Positions 26,414 through 34,989 of a stretch of DNA of 64,000 nucleotides are shown here, one piece after another. The DNA is from a virus. The stretch's first letter is position 1; each line of letters opens with the position of its first letter. The notes under the pieces were generated by a model that had not been told where the DNA came from, made no database searches, and saw nothing but the letters and a program-made list of their open reading frames with translations. The stretch is from positions 192,001-256,000 of the IMG/VR virus record IMGVR_UViG_3300045988_155520. One strand, given 5' to 3'. The position numbers were made by a program, and so were the translations under genes.

Positions 26414-26608
26414 TTAATCTAACTTAATCGGAGAAATACCACAAGTTTTTAACATTTCATTTACTTTGTCCATGTTTGTTTCTCTTTCAGCACCAACTTC
26501 CTCCAAAAAATCTTGCAACGTTTGCCCGATAAATGATATACCTCCAAAAGGTGTGTTATCATCTTCTAACTTCACATTGAGATATTTGCTTACTGACTTG
26601 TTACTCAT
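26414..26608 (-). CDS. hypothetical protein
   Basis: 64-aa ORF, 16 nt upstream of 26397. Confidence 0.6.
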   Translation of the reverse strand: MSNKSVSKYLNVKLEDDNTPFGGISFIGQTLQDFLEEVGAERETNMDKVNEMLKTCGISPIKLD

Positions 26609-26740
26609 GACTTCTAATTTTATATATTTATTTAATTATATTCTTATATTTAGATATATTAATGTATTTATATCTTTTTATAATTGTTTATTTATTCATA
26701 TCCTCCCTTCACTTGAAAGGAGGTTATGAATATTTTGTTT

Positions 26741-27094
26741 TTAATCGGTTGTTTGAATAAAGTAATTTAAATCATCACCTTTGAAAGTAGAGAGTGCTTT
26801 ATCTCGTGCAACATAATAGAGTTCAGTGTACAATCTTGTAAGTTGCTCATTTCCTCTCTCATGTAATTCCCATGCCTTGATGTTAAGAGCCATAGTAAAC
26901 TCTGTAAAATATTTCACATCGTCCTTCCACTCTTTTACAATACGATTAAAGGTTTCCTCAATTGCCTTCTGTCCTCCCATTAATTCTGCAATTGTTAAAT
27001 CACTTGAAAATGTTGTAAAACGTTCATATCCGCTTTCAGCCATGACATTTTCAAAGTAATTTTCTGACATCATTGCTGCTTGAAATACGTTCAT
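26741..27094 (-). CDS. hypothetical protein
   Basis: 117-aa ORF with CATAATTCTTATTTG context. Confidence 0.75.
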   Translation of the reverse strand: MNVFQAAMMSENYFENVMAESGYERFTTFSSDLTIAELMGGQKAIEETFNRIVKEWKDDVKYFTEFTMALNIKAWELHERGNEQLTRLYTELYYVARDKALSTFKGDDLNYFIQTTD

Positions 27095-27153
27095 AATTCT
27101 TATTTGTTTTAATTTGTTATATGGGAATATTCCCTTGTTGTTTTGAATTACGA

Positions 27154-27188
27154 TGCAAAGATAGTAATAAAAGTTGGAATGTACAAGT
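27154..27188 (-). promoter_or_regulatory. Bacteroidota-type promoter
   Basis: rc -7 TGCAAAG at 27154-27160 and rc -33 TACAAG at 27182-27187. Confidence 0.65.
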
Positions 27189-27438
27189 AAATTTTTCTTT
27201 TTAACTTGAGATTAACATTTCTATAAATTTATGTTAATTTATTTAGATAATAACTTTGCAATTGAAGTATAAATTAATAAATTAGCTATAAGGCTGTTTA
27301 TTTTCGTTATAAGGGACTTTATACTACAAAGTGGTATATTTACTCATAAAACAAAAAATAAAGCGTCAAAACGCAAATATTTAAATTATTTCAGTTGGAA
27401 TGATGATAGTTTTATTATTTTCAAATTTTCTGCAAAAG

Positions 27439-27475
27439 TTTCCTTCGTGCGTGCGCATGCGTATATATTATATCT
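27439..27475. repeat. intergenic-block core, orientation A (longest alternating tract)
   Basis: TTTCCTTCGTGCGTGCGCATGCGTATATATTATATC. Perfect 23-nt Py/Pu alternation over 27446-27468. Confidence 0.85.
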
Positions 27476-27779
27476 AGTAATAATAATATAATACTAGTAA
27501 TTAATATATAATTAAAATATAATATCTAGTATATAATAAATTAATTATATATTCTAGTATTAATTTATAATATTATAAAAAGAAAAAAATATAAAAAAAG
27601 AAAAAGTTAAAACTTTCAGAGTGCAATAGAAAAGTCATTGTTTGGAAAGTTTTTATTTTTAATAAAAATCATATTCCAACTTTAGATTTAAAAATTACCG
27701 TGGCCAGGCCATGAAAAACGGAAAAAATTGAAGGAATTTTCACTTTTCAGAATTTTTTGAGTAGAGTAGAAAAAGAATA

Positions 27780-27818
27780 AACGGCTCAGATTAGCGTTTA
27801 TTTGCTCTCTAAGCCGTT
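27780..27818 (-). terminator. hairpin terminator
   Basis: AACGGCT pairs with AGCCGTT. The reverse strand continues TATTCTTTTTC. Confidence 0.6.
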
Positions 27819-27865
27819 ATAACCACATTTGCAGTATAATTGTACTCTAAATCAAAAACAAGCCG

Positions 27866-28522
27866 TTAGAACGCAACAAATAGGGTTTTATCGTAAATCA
27901 TTTCTGTTGAGTAACATTGTACAGCCAAACGGCACATACGCAGTCCAAAGTTTTCAGGAGAACCAAGTTCACCTTCGTTCCATAGTTCGTTTATCTGCTT
28001 TAAGACAATAATTTTACCATAAGTTTTGTTTAACCTTTCCAAAGTGTTGTACAATCTTCTGCAGGCGTTTTCGTCATAGCAAAGATACCTTCTTTCTCCA
28101 AACTCATTAATATCTTTGTTTTCACGATGCAAACTAACTTCATAATACATTAGCGGTCTTAAATTAGGAATAAACTTGTTTAGTTTATCAAACGAAGGAC
28201 ATGGTTTTTTATATAACCCCACTTTGTAATAAATTTTACCAATTCTTTCCTCTATGCGTTCTACTTTTACCAAACAGCCATAATTTTCCTTATAACTATC
28301 TACTATTTCAAGAACACTGAAACGTCCTACCTTATAGTGGTGAAGTATTGCAGAATTATTATTAAAAGATATTTCGGTAATTTCTAACTTTATCTTTGCT
28401 GTAAAAGTTAAAATAAGTTCTGAAAAATTATTTGTTCTATCTTTCAATAACTTGTCAACCGCAGTAGAAATTGTTTCGTTTAAAAACTCTTTCAAATCAT
28501 CTAAATAGTGAATTTCTTTCAT
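27866..28522 (-). CDS. hypothetical protein
   Basis: 218-aa ORF with CATAATTCTATTTG context. Confidence 0.75.
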   Translation of the reverse strand: MKEIHYLDDLKEFLNETISTAVDKLLKDRTNNFSELILTFTAKIKLEITEISFNNNSAILHHYKVGRFSVLEIVDSYKENYGCLVKVERIEERIGKIYYKVGLYKKPCPSFDKLNKFIPNLRPLMYYEVSLHRENKDINEFGERRYLCYDENACRRLYNTLERLNKTYGKIIVLKQINELWNEGELGSPENFGLRMCRLAVQCYSTEMIYDKTLFVAF

Positions 28523-28573
28523 AATTCTATTTGTTTTAAATTGTTTGTTTCAGCACTATTACTGATTTATATT

Positions 28574-28608
28574 TGCAAAGATAAGCATAAATTTTCAAAC
28601 CACCAAAT
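28574..28608 (-). promoter_or_regulatory. Bacteroidota-type promoter
   Basis: rc -7 TGCAAAG at 28574-28580 and rc -33 ACCAAA at 28602-28607. Confidence 0.75.
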
Positions 28609-28660
28609 TTATAACGTTAAATGATGTTAAACAAAAACTTTAATTGAATTAAATAAAAAA

Positions 28661-28695
28661 GTAGTGTGCTAACTATATAAGTAAAAACACACTAC
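28661..28695 (-). terminator. hairpin terminator
   Basis: GTAGTGTG pairs with CACACTAC after the stop of 28722-29276. Confidence 0.75.
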
Positions 28696-28721
28696 CATAA
28701 ACAAATGTATAGAATTATGAA

Positions 28722-29276
28722 TTAATAATCAAGTTCAATATATCCGTCAGAGATAAGTTCATGTAAAGAAACCTCGTCTAAAAGTTTATTAATCAAAAAC
28801 TCTCTCAATACCTTCTTAAAAGATACTTTTGAATCACTATCAGTATCAAAGGCAAAATCATACCAAACATCAGCATTGAAATATGTATCAACAAGTTCCA
28901 ACAACTCACTATTTGTTTTCTTTTCTAACAAGTTTTTATAACCTTTAGAAAGAAACAGAAAATATTTGAGGATAAGTTCCAAATCTTCATTTTTTGTATT
29001 AGTCGTTGAAATCTGAATTTTATTATATGTTCGAGAAATTTTATCTATTGTCAAACTTATAAGAATAATATCATCATTAACATTTAAATACCAACTATCC
29101 GCATTATAATCAATTCTCGTATTTGGTACACCAAGTATGCGAATAATATCATCAATAGGTAAATTAACGGTCCTATTATACTTTTCCTTAAATTTGATAT
29201 CACTATAATCATCAAATTCCTCATCATACAAAGCATTAATAATTGAATTAACCTTTGGAAAATCAATCTGTAGCAT
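28722..29276 (-). CDS. hypothetical protein, paralog of 31264-31815
   Basis: SWYLNVNDDIILISLTIDK...ELLELVDTYFNADVWYDF...LISDGYIE versus TWYLQIHEGIYTLTFSKDD...ELIKITNHYFSKEIWYEY...LIKDGFW. Confidence 0.75.
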   Translation of the reverse strand: MLQIDFPKVNSIINALYDEEFDDYSDIKFKEKYNRTVNLPIDDIIRILGVPNTRIDYNADSWYLNVNDDIILISLTIDKISRTYNKIQISTTNTKNEDLELILKYFLFLSKGYKNLLEKKTNSELLELVDTYFNADVWYDFAFDTDSDSKVSFKKVLREFLINKLLDEVSLHELISDGYIELDY

Positions 29277-29331
29277 AACTCTTAAATGTTTTAGTTTGTT
29301 TTTGTGGGACTATTCCCTTGTTGTTTATGTT

Positions 29332-29366
29332 TGCAAAGGTACGGATAAAAAGTCATATAAACAAAT
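29332..29366 (-). promoter_or_regulatory. Bacteroidota-type promoter
   Basis: rc -7 TGCAAAG at 29332-29338 and rc -33 ACAAA at 29361-29365. Confidence 0.7.
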
Positions 29367-29384
29367 TATCCGTACTAAATAATG

Positions 29385-30119
29385 TTAACAACCTTTACAA
29401 CTTTCAATGTCGTTGTATGTTTCCTCTACATACTTAACAATTCGTTCATAGTTACGACCGCTTAACTCACTATCTTCATAAGCCTTCTTTATTAGTTCCT
29501 CGCTTGTTCCATAGAAACAACCTACTTTCCACATATTATTAGGACGTGTGTACGTGAAATAACGTCCGCTACTCCATATGTTCTTTCCAACATAATAATC
29601 AGACATTTCCTTAATTTCAACATTACCACATATCACTGCTTTACCTTTGACAGAAGTTTTAATAACTGAATTACCAAAAACAAGTACATTATCGGTAATT
29701 AAAGCATGACTATAAATCATGGCATTCTCATAAACTTGTGCATAATCATGAAGACTTGCATTTTCAAATATTTGGGCATTATCTGATAAAATAACATTAT
29801 CAAAAATCTTTGCATTGCCAAATACTTTTACATTGTCATAAACGGTCACATCATCAAAGATTTTTGCATTGTCATATATTTGTGCATAACCTGTAACAGT
29901 AGCGTTTCCACAAACACGTGCGTCACCATATACCATTGCCTCATGATAAATCCAACAATTACCTTTTTGAGAAAGGTTTTCCTCCTTCTCAACCCAACCG
30001 CCTAAGTCACCCTTATGAAGATTTCTAAAATCTCGTAATAGTTCAATACGATAGAGTTTGTGACCATTATATGACATTGTAAGGTCTTCTCTCAACTTAA
30101 ACTTCTTTTCTGTTTTCAT
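29385..30119 (-). CDS. beta-helix-like repeat protein (family BH, 2 of 4)
   Basis: Start moved to ATG 30119 (MKTEKKFKLREDL, CATAATTC context), parallel to the paralog starts. The track ORF extends 16 codons into the leader. Confidence 0.8.
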   Translation of the reverse strand: MKTEKKFKLREDLTMSYNGHKLYRIELLRDFRNLHKGDLGGWVEKEENLSQKGNCWIYHEAMVYGDARVCGNATVTGYAQIYDNAKIFDDVTVYDNVKVFGNAKIFDNVILSDNAQIFENASLHDYAQVYENAMIYSHALITDNVLVFGNSVIKTSVKGKAVICGNVEIKEMSDYYVGKNIWSSGRYFTYTRPNNMWKVGCFYGTSEELIKKAYEDSELSGRNYERIVKYVEETYNDIESCKGC

Positions 30120-30162
30120 AATTCTATTTGTTTTAATTGTTTGTTTACTATTGAAATACGAT

Positions 30163-30198
30163 TGCAAAATTAATCATAATAATTGAAACTACCAAAAA
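30163..30198 (-). promoter_or_regulatory. Bacteroidota-type promoter
   Basis: rc -7 TGCAAAA at 30163-30169 and rc -33 ACCAAAA at 30191-30197. Confidence 0.7.
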
Positions 30199-30300
30199 TA
30201 TTATATTAATAAAAGTTAACTACATACTAAAAATAAAAGTGACATAACCTTCATATAGGAAAGTTACGCCACTATAAACAAATTATCGAACTATGAACAT

Positions 30301-30654
30301 TTAAATTTCGTCCTCCTTCTCATCAAATTCCTTTTTAAGACTCTCTTCAATAGCATTGATAACTTTATTGTTAATCGGTAATTCCGAAGATAGATACAAT
30401 GTCTTAAACCTTCCATTATCACCATTAACAAACATAGCCTTGAATATTTGTCCGTTATAATTCAAATACCAATCAGTATGTTTACTGAAAGTATGTACGG
30501 GTCTTCCTAATTGATTAACAATATCCCTACGAATTAAGTCCACATCAACAACGGACATATCAATAAGATTTAATTCATAGTCAATCTTATCAAACTCTTC
30601 CTCTGTATATGATTTCAAGTCCTCCAAATGTTTTTTTAAAAACGTCTGTTTCAT
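30301..30654 (-). CDS. hypothetical protein, paralog of 34597-34926
   Basis: Start taken at ATG 30654 (CATAATTCTAAATG). DVDLIRRDIVNQLG...WYLNYNGQIFKAMFVNGDNGRFKTLYLSSEL versus DVDLTRKDVSTILK...WYLDYKGKIIKLMFVMNDNERYKRLYISSEL. Confidence 0.75.
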   Translation of the reverse strand: MKQTFLKKHLEDLKSYTEEEFDKIDYELNLIDMSVVDVDLIRRDIVNQLGRPVHTFSKHTDWYLNYNGQIFKAMFVNGDNGRFKTLYLSSELPINNKVINAIEESLKKEFDEKEDEI

Positions 30655-30679
30655 AATTCTAAATGTTTTAGTTGTTTTA

Positions 30680-30976
30680 TTAAAAGTTATTGTCAAGATA
30701 TTTTAACAACTCACGAAAAGTATCACCAGTAAAAGAATCTGTACTGATAGGGGCATTATCTTCCTCTAAATCATCATAATAACAAAAATTGTAATATAAT
30801 ATATCATTTTCAATGTAAAGACTTTGTAGTTCAATTTCTACATCATCTTCATTAATATAAAAATCATTTTCTATTGTTATCTTTCCTCCTTTGTTCTCAA
30901 CAAATTCTTTAATAGCATCGACAATAGACTTTTTAATATCATCATATTGCTTGATAAGTTCTTTAATTTTATCCAT
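30680..30976 (-). CDS. hypothetical acidic protein
   Basis: 98-aa ORF with CATAATTTTAAT context. Confidence 0.7.
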   Translation of the reverse strand: MDKIKELIKQYDDIKKSIVDAIKEFVENKGGKITIENDFYINEDDVEIELQSLYIENDILYYNFCYYDDLEEDNAPISTDSFTGDTFRELLKYLDNNF

Positions 30977-30998
30977 AATTTTAATATTGATTTATGAC

Positions 30999-31034
30999 TG
31001 CAAAGATAGATAATAAATCTCAAACAGCCAAAAG
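30999..31034 (-). promoter_or_regulatory. Bacteroidota-type promoter
   Basis: rc -7 TGCAAAG at 30999-31005 and rc -33 GCCAAAA at 31027-31033. TTAAC x2 at 31046-31050 and 31057-31061. Confidence 0.75.
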
Positions 31035-31084
31035 AAATTAAATGTTTAACATATAATTAACAATTCAAAAACAAACGCTATATT

Positions 31085-31114
31085 GATATAATATATACGC
31101 ATACGAATGAAAGA
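31085..31114. repeat. intergenic-block core, orientation B
   Basis: GATATAATATATACGCATACGAATGAAAGA, followed by GCGTTTTAAGACGT at 31136-31149. Confidence 0.75.
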
Positions 31115-31211
31115 ATTATCAAACATGAAATAAAAGCGTTTTAAGACGTTGAAATACATCTAAGTGAACAATTATACTAAACTATAGTTTAAAACGCTTA
31201 GAACGAAAGAA

Positions 31212-31249
31212 AAGCGGTATATAAGCAATTCTATGCAAATACACCGCTT
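31212..31249 (-). terminator. hairpin terminator
   Basis: AAGCGGT pairs with ACCGCTT (the stem extends with one mismatch) after the stop of 31264-31815. Confidence 0.7.
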
Positions 31250-31263
31250 AAACATTTATAGAA

Positions 31264-31815
31264 TTATGTTTGCCAAAAGCCGTCTTTTATAAGTTTATCT
31301 ATATCTAAATGAGTTGAAATCAACCTACATAACCAATCTTTTAAAAGTTTGTTATGTGGTTCCGTACTCTCCCCTTCGATTTGTAGAAAATACTCGTACC
31401 AAATTTCTTTACTGAAATAATGGTTTGTTATTTTAATAAGTTCGTCATTTGACAAGTTATGTAGTTTTTCTCTAAAACTAATTTCATACTTTGTGAAATA
31501 GTTTAATAACTTATCGGCAATTTCCAAGCTACATTCCTTTGTACCTTTAATTTTAAGGTAACAATAGTTTGTACTATCTACATCATCTTTTGAAAATGTA
31601 AGAGTATAGATACCTTCGTGAATTTGTAAATACCATGTAGCACTATATGGTTCACTATTTGCAGCCCTTCCCAATTGAAAAAAGAGTTCCATAGTAGGAT
31701 ATTCAATCTTTTTGACACAAAGCATATTAAAATTATTCAACTTGTCTTTTTCTATCTCGTCATGTTGAAGGGATATTGCATAAGTGCCTAAATGTAAACC
31801 GAAAATAGGTAACAT
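31264..31815 (-). CDS. hypothetical protein, paralog of 28722-29276
   Basis: See 28722-29276. Confidence 0.7.
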   Translation of the reverse strand: MLPIFGLHLGTYAISLQHDEIEKDKLNNFNMLCVKKIEYPTMELFFQLGRAANSEPYSATWYLQIHEGIYTLTFSKDDVDSTNYCYLKIKGTKECSLEIADKLLNYFTKYEISFREKLHNLSNDELIKITNHYFSKEIWYEYFLQIEGESTEPHNKLLKDWLCRLISTHLDIDKLIKDGFWQT

Positions 31816-31846
31816 AAATGTATGTTTTGAAAATTAATATTATTAT

Positions 31847-31877
31847 AAGTGCTATCAACATTCAATCAATAGCACTT
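31847..31877 (-). terminator. hairpin
   Basis: AAGTGCTAT pairs with ATAGCACTT after the stop of 31895-32776. Confidence 0.65.
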
Positions 31878-31894
31878 ATATTTTGTTATCTTAC

Positions 31895-32776
31895 TTACTT
31901 CTTTCTTACAAAATACTTTCCGTCGTAAAAGTCGTAAATATCATATGTAGGGTTTTTGCTACAGATATTTTTCAAAGGTTCATATAAGAACTCTGAAATT
32001 TCCTCATAACTTTCTTTGTCATTATCATATATCTCTTCCTTTTTGTAAGCACATTCCAAATCATACTTGCTTGTGTTGAGAAATGACATAGAACACTCGT
32101 CATTATCATAAATGATTTGAATGTTATTCTCATTGAGTTTATCCTTCATCTTCATAAACTCATCAACAAGTTCCTTCTGCTCGTCTGTTAGCGAAAGTGC
32201 CTTGAGAATACCCTCCTTAATAGTTTCAGTTCCGTTCTCTGATACTTTAATATCATTCCAAGCCAAAGCCTCCTCCCTTGTCTTGTAAATACCCTTGAAA
32301 GCGTTATCATACTTTCCATTCTCTCCATATATAATAGGTGCACCTATGTGTACCTCCTCAACATCACCATTTGCAAACTTGTAAGATACAAAATCATAGA
32401 AATTAGTACCGCCATTATTAACAAGTTGTGCAGGCAATTCACGTACCGATGTTAAACCATTCAAGAAGTCTACAAGTGACAACTCCTCCTCGATACGGAT
32501 ATCCTTCTCATAGTCCTCTACAGAATTGTAAGCGACAAAATTTTTCATTATCTTGCCTTCAAAAGGTTTCTGTGACACTTCAAAGAAAGTAACACCATTT
32601 TTATTTTTGGAAATTACTTTCTCCTCACTTCCCTTTGATGTGACCATGTAAAGAATAACACCGCTTAATGTATCAACACTATGAAACTTGATAGAACACA
32701 ATGTAAGAACATTGTTAATCATTACATACGCATCAACATTTGAAGATGTAATCACACGAATAGTTAAATTTTCCAT
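31895..32776 (-). CDS. hypothetical protein
   Basis: 293-aa ORF with CATAATTCTTAATTTG context. Confidence 0.8.
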   Translation of the reverse strand: MENLTIRVITSSNVDAYVMINNVLTLCSIKFHSVDTLSGVILYMVTSKGSEEKVISKNKNGVTFFEVSQKPFEGKIMKNFVAYNSVEDYEKDIRIEEELSLVDFLNGLTSVRELPAQLVNNGGTNFYDFVSYKFANGDVEEVHIGAPIIYGENGKYDNAFKGIYKTREEALAWNDIKVSENGTETIKEGILKALSLTDEQKELVDEFMKMKDKLNENNIQIIYDNDECSMSFLNTSKYDLECAYKKEEIYDNDKESYEEISEFLYEPLKNICSKNPTYDIYDFYDGKYFVRKK

Positions 32777-32812
32777 AATTCTTAATTTGTTTGTTTATTA
32801 CTGAATTGTGAG

Positions 32813-32847
32813 TGCAAAGGTAAGCAATTATTTTTATACTACCAAAT
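32813..32847 (-). promoter_or_regulatory. Bacteroidota-type promoter
   Basis: rc -7 TGCAAAG at 32813-32819 and rc -33 ACCAAA at 32841-32846. Confidence 0.75.
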
Positions 32848-32870
32848 ATTTCCTTACTTTAAACTTTTAT

Positions 32871-33512
32871 TTAACACTTATCTTCCAAACAATCTATTAG
32901 GTGTTGTAATAAATTGTATGTTCCCTCTATACTAAGCGCACCTAAAGGGAAAGTCTGTGTATTTGCTTTCAACATAACACGTTTATCTTCCACGCTTATG
33001 CTTTTAAAACTTTCTTCATTTGTAGCTATGCAAGTGTGGAACATATCGCAATCTTCAAAGATAAAAGTTCTCTCGTCCTCGTCTGAAAGAAGTTCGATAA
33101 ACTTTTTTTCAATATCCTTACGTAACTTGTAAATTTTATCATCAAAATACAAGAAATTTTGACAATAATACTCAATAGCAAGATACACTGCGTTATCGGT
33201 ATGGTAATAACAATCATTGCGACTAATATATCCTTCTTTGTCTACAAATACATGAGAAGACAAATCGGTAGTATTAACTACCTTGATGTATATATCGTCC
33301 TTAGTTAATAAATCGCCACGAACTAACTTAATATCAGTTACCTCTGTGTCGTAAACTTCTCCCTGCTTATTTGCAAGAAGAACGCATGGTGTATCGGTAT
33401 CTCTACCATAATTTGCATTATCTGTAATTGATATGTGGGTAATTTCATTATCCAACATCAACTTAATAGCTGTTTCTCTGTTTCTTTCTAAAACAGAATT
33501 TAATGATTCCAT
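32871..33512 (-). CDS. hypothetical protein (N-terminus resembles 37521-38171)
   Basis: 213-aa ORF. SVLERNRETAIKLML versus NLVERKRNEVISMLK. Confidence 0.75.
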   Translation of the reverse strand: MESLNSVLERNRETAIKLMLDNEITHISITDNANYGRDTDTPCVLLANKQGEVYDTEVTDIKLVRGDLLTKDDIYIKVVNTTDLSSHVFVDKEGYISRNDCYYHTDNAVYLAIEYYCQNFLYFDDKIYKLRKDIEKKFIELLSDEDERTFIFEDCDMFHTCIATNEESFKSISVEDKRVMLKANTQTFPLGALSIEGTYNLLQHLIDCLEDKC

Positions 33513-33556
33513 AACTCTAAATGTTTTGTTTAATTGTTTGTTTATTGATTTACGTT

Positions 33557-33591
33557 TGCAAAGATACTAACTTAATTGCAAACTGCCAAAC
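33557..33591 (-). promoter_or_regulatory. Bacteroidota-type promoter
   Basis: rc -7 TGCAAAG at 33557-33563 and rc -33 GCCAAA at 33585-33590. Confidence 0.75.
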
Positions 33592-33634
33592 ATATTTCTG
33601 ATTTTAACACTTATTTAACATATCACTTTATAGG

Positions 33635-33672
33635 TTATATATTATATACGCACACACAATATATTATATAAT
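33635..33672. repeat. intergenic-block core, orientation B (degenerate)
   Basis: TTATATATTATATACGCACACACAATATATTATATAAT, followed by ACGTTTTAAGACGT at 33683-33696. Confidence 0.65.
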
Positions 33673-33775
33673 CTCAAATAAGACGTTTTAAGACGTGAGA
33701 ATTACTCACGACTTGTAATTTATCATCGTATAACTTATAAAGTATTAGAATGAAAATAAACCACACATAAAAGGA

Positions 33776-33810
33776 AATCTATCACTACTTATCACAAGCA
33801 ATGATAGATT
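33776..33810 (-). terminator. terminator hairpin with conserved loop (copy 3 of 5)
   Basis: Stem AATCTATCA/TGATAGATT, loop CTACTTATCACAAGCAA. Confidence 0.8.
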
Positions 33811-33836
33811 AATAAAAAAAACAAACTAAATTATAA

Positions 33837-33844
33837 CCTATTCC
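33837..33844. repeat. 8-bp direct repeat CCTATTCC (left copy) flanking the orphan scaffold
   Basis: The identical octamer recurs at 33982-33989. Confidence 0.8.
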
Positions 33845-33981
33845 GATAGTTGTTCGTTAACAAATCCTAACAAAAACGTCAGCTTTGTTACTAATCATCT
33901 GTAAGCATTTCAACCTACAGCGGAGCTATCTTTCATCGCCCGTATTAAGATGTTACGGGCACCATTAAGGTCTCTGTGAAC
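33845..33981 (-). ncRNA. orphan omega-RNA-like scaffold: ORF-less copy of the TnpB 3' end / right end
   Basis: Hand alignment to 53652-53788 gives ~14 mismatches in ~137 nt with no gaps. Only the last 24 TnpB codons (VHRDLNGARNILIRAMKDSSAVG-stop) remain, preceded by an in-frame TGA. All four predicted stems are retained. Confidence 0.65.
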
Positions 33982-33989
33982 CCTATTCC
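33982..33989. repeat. 8-bp direct repeat CCTATTCC (right copy)
   Basis: Identical to 33837-33844. Contains the stop codon of the 31-aa ORF 33983-34078. Confidence 0.8.
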
Positions 33990-34078
33990 TTCATATTATC
34001 TATTTTATCCTTCCACTCATCGTAACTATGTGACGTTATAATCATGATTATAACTACCACCAAAATATAAATCATCAT
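33983..34078 (-). CDS. small hydrophobic peptide (31 aa)
   Basis: ATG 34078-34076 shares its A with the TGA stop of 34078-34440 (TGATG coupling). MMIYILVVVIIMIITSHSYDEWKDKIDNMKE. Below the track cutoff. Confidence 0.45.
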   Translation of the reverse strand: MMIYILVVVIIMIITSHSYDEWKDKIDNMKE

Positions 34079-34440
34079 CATTCTTTTGTCCGTGCATAAG
34101 TTCCTACAAGTTCGTCCAAAATAGCTATCCAATCTCCATAGTGAAAATCAGAACAATATTTTAAATCTTCTGTGAACTCTTCATTGTTAGCAATGTAAGT
34201 AATATCAATTGTTTCCGTTTCGTCATTTACAGACAATTCTTTTACATTGATATCCAACAATGAGTTATCCGACCACCCATCAAAATCAGGTGCCAAAGTT
34301 GAATAGATAACTTCCACTTTACCCCCACATGATATAACAATATCACGCATAACATTCAATACTTCCTCCGCACTCTTTTCTAAATTCTCTCGTGCTGACA
34401 TTGAAAGTTCCGAAAACTTTAATTTAAATGATTTATCCAT
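34078..34440 (-). CDS. hypothetical acidic protein
   Basis: 120-aa ORF with CATAATTCTTTAT context. Confidence 0.75.
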   Translation of the reverse strand: MDKSFKLKFSELSMSARENLEKSAEEVLNVMRDIVISCGGKVEVIYSTLAPDFDGWSDNSLLDINVKELSVNDETETIDITYIANNEEFTEDLKYCSDFHYGDWIAILDELVGTYARTKE

Positions 34441-34468
34441 AATTCTTTATATTTAATTTGTTTACGCT

Positions 34469-34503
34469 TGCAAAGTTAAGAAAATAAATTGAACTATCCA
34501 AAT
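34469..34503 (-). promoter_or_regulatory. Bacteroidota-type promoter
   Basis: rc -7 TGCAAAG at 34469-34475 and rc -33 TCCAAA at 34497-34502. Confidence 0.75.
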
Positions 34504-34541
34504 ATTTTATACTAATAAAAGTTAATAGTCTATTAAATTAA

Positions 34542-34580
34542 AAGTAGTATGTCAACCATATTAGTTAAAACACACTACTT
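34542..34580 (-). terminator. hairpin terminator
   Basis: AAGTAGT pairs with ACTACTT (the stem extends with one mismatch) after the stop of 34597-34926. Confidence 0.7.
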
Positions 34581-34596
34581 GAAAAAAAATATTGAA

Positions 34597-34926
34597 CTAT
34601 TTTTTGAAACTTTCTCCGATTGCATTAATAACATCATCACTTACATTTAATTCAGATGATATATATAGACGCTTATATCTCTCATTGTCATTCATAACAA
34701 ACATAAGTTTGATGATTTTTCCTTTATAATCTAAATACCAAATATGAGGTGACAAAACAGATTTACTATCGGTTTTTAATATAGTAGATACGTCCTTGCG
34801 TGTTAAGTCCACGTCAATAATAGTCCTATCAAAAAGAGTTTTAAAAAACTCACTAATCTTATTAGATTCATTTTTTGAATAAGACTTTAAATCTTTTATC
34901 TTATTATTTAAATTAATTGCATTCAT
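34597..34926 (-). CDS. hypothetical protein, paralog of 30301-30654
   Basis: See 30301-30654. Confidence 0.75.
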   Translation of the reverse strand: MNAINLNNKIKDLKSYSKNESNKISEFFKTLFDRTIIDVDLTRKDVSTILKTDSKSVLSPHIWYLDYKGKIIKLMFVMNDNERYKRLYISSELNVSDDVINAIGESFKK

Positions 34927-34954
34927 AATTTCTATTTGTTTATTGATTTACGAC

Positions 34955-34989
34955 TACAAAGATAATTATTTAATTTGATATATCCAAAT
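34955..34989 (-). promoter_or_regulatory. Bacteroidota-type promoter
   Basis: rc -7 TACAAAG at 34955-34961 and rc -33 TCCAAA at 34983-34988. Confidence 0.65.
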
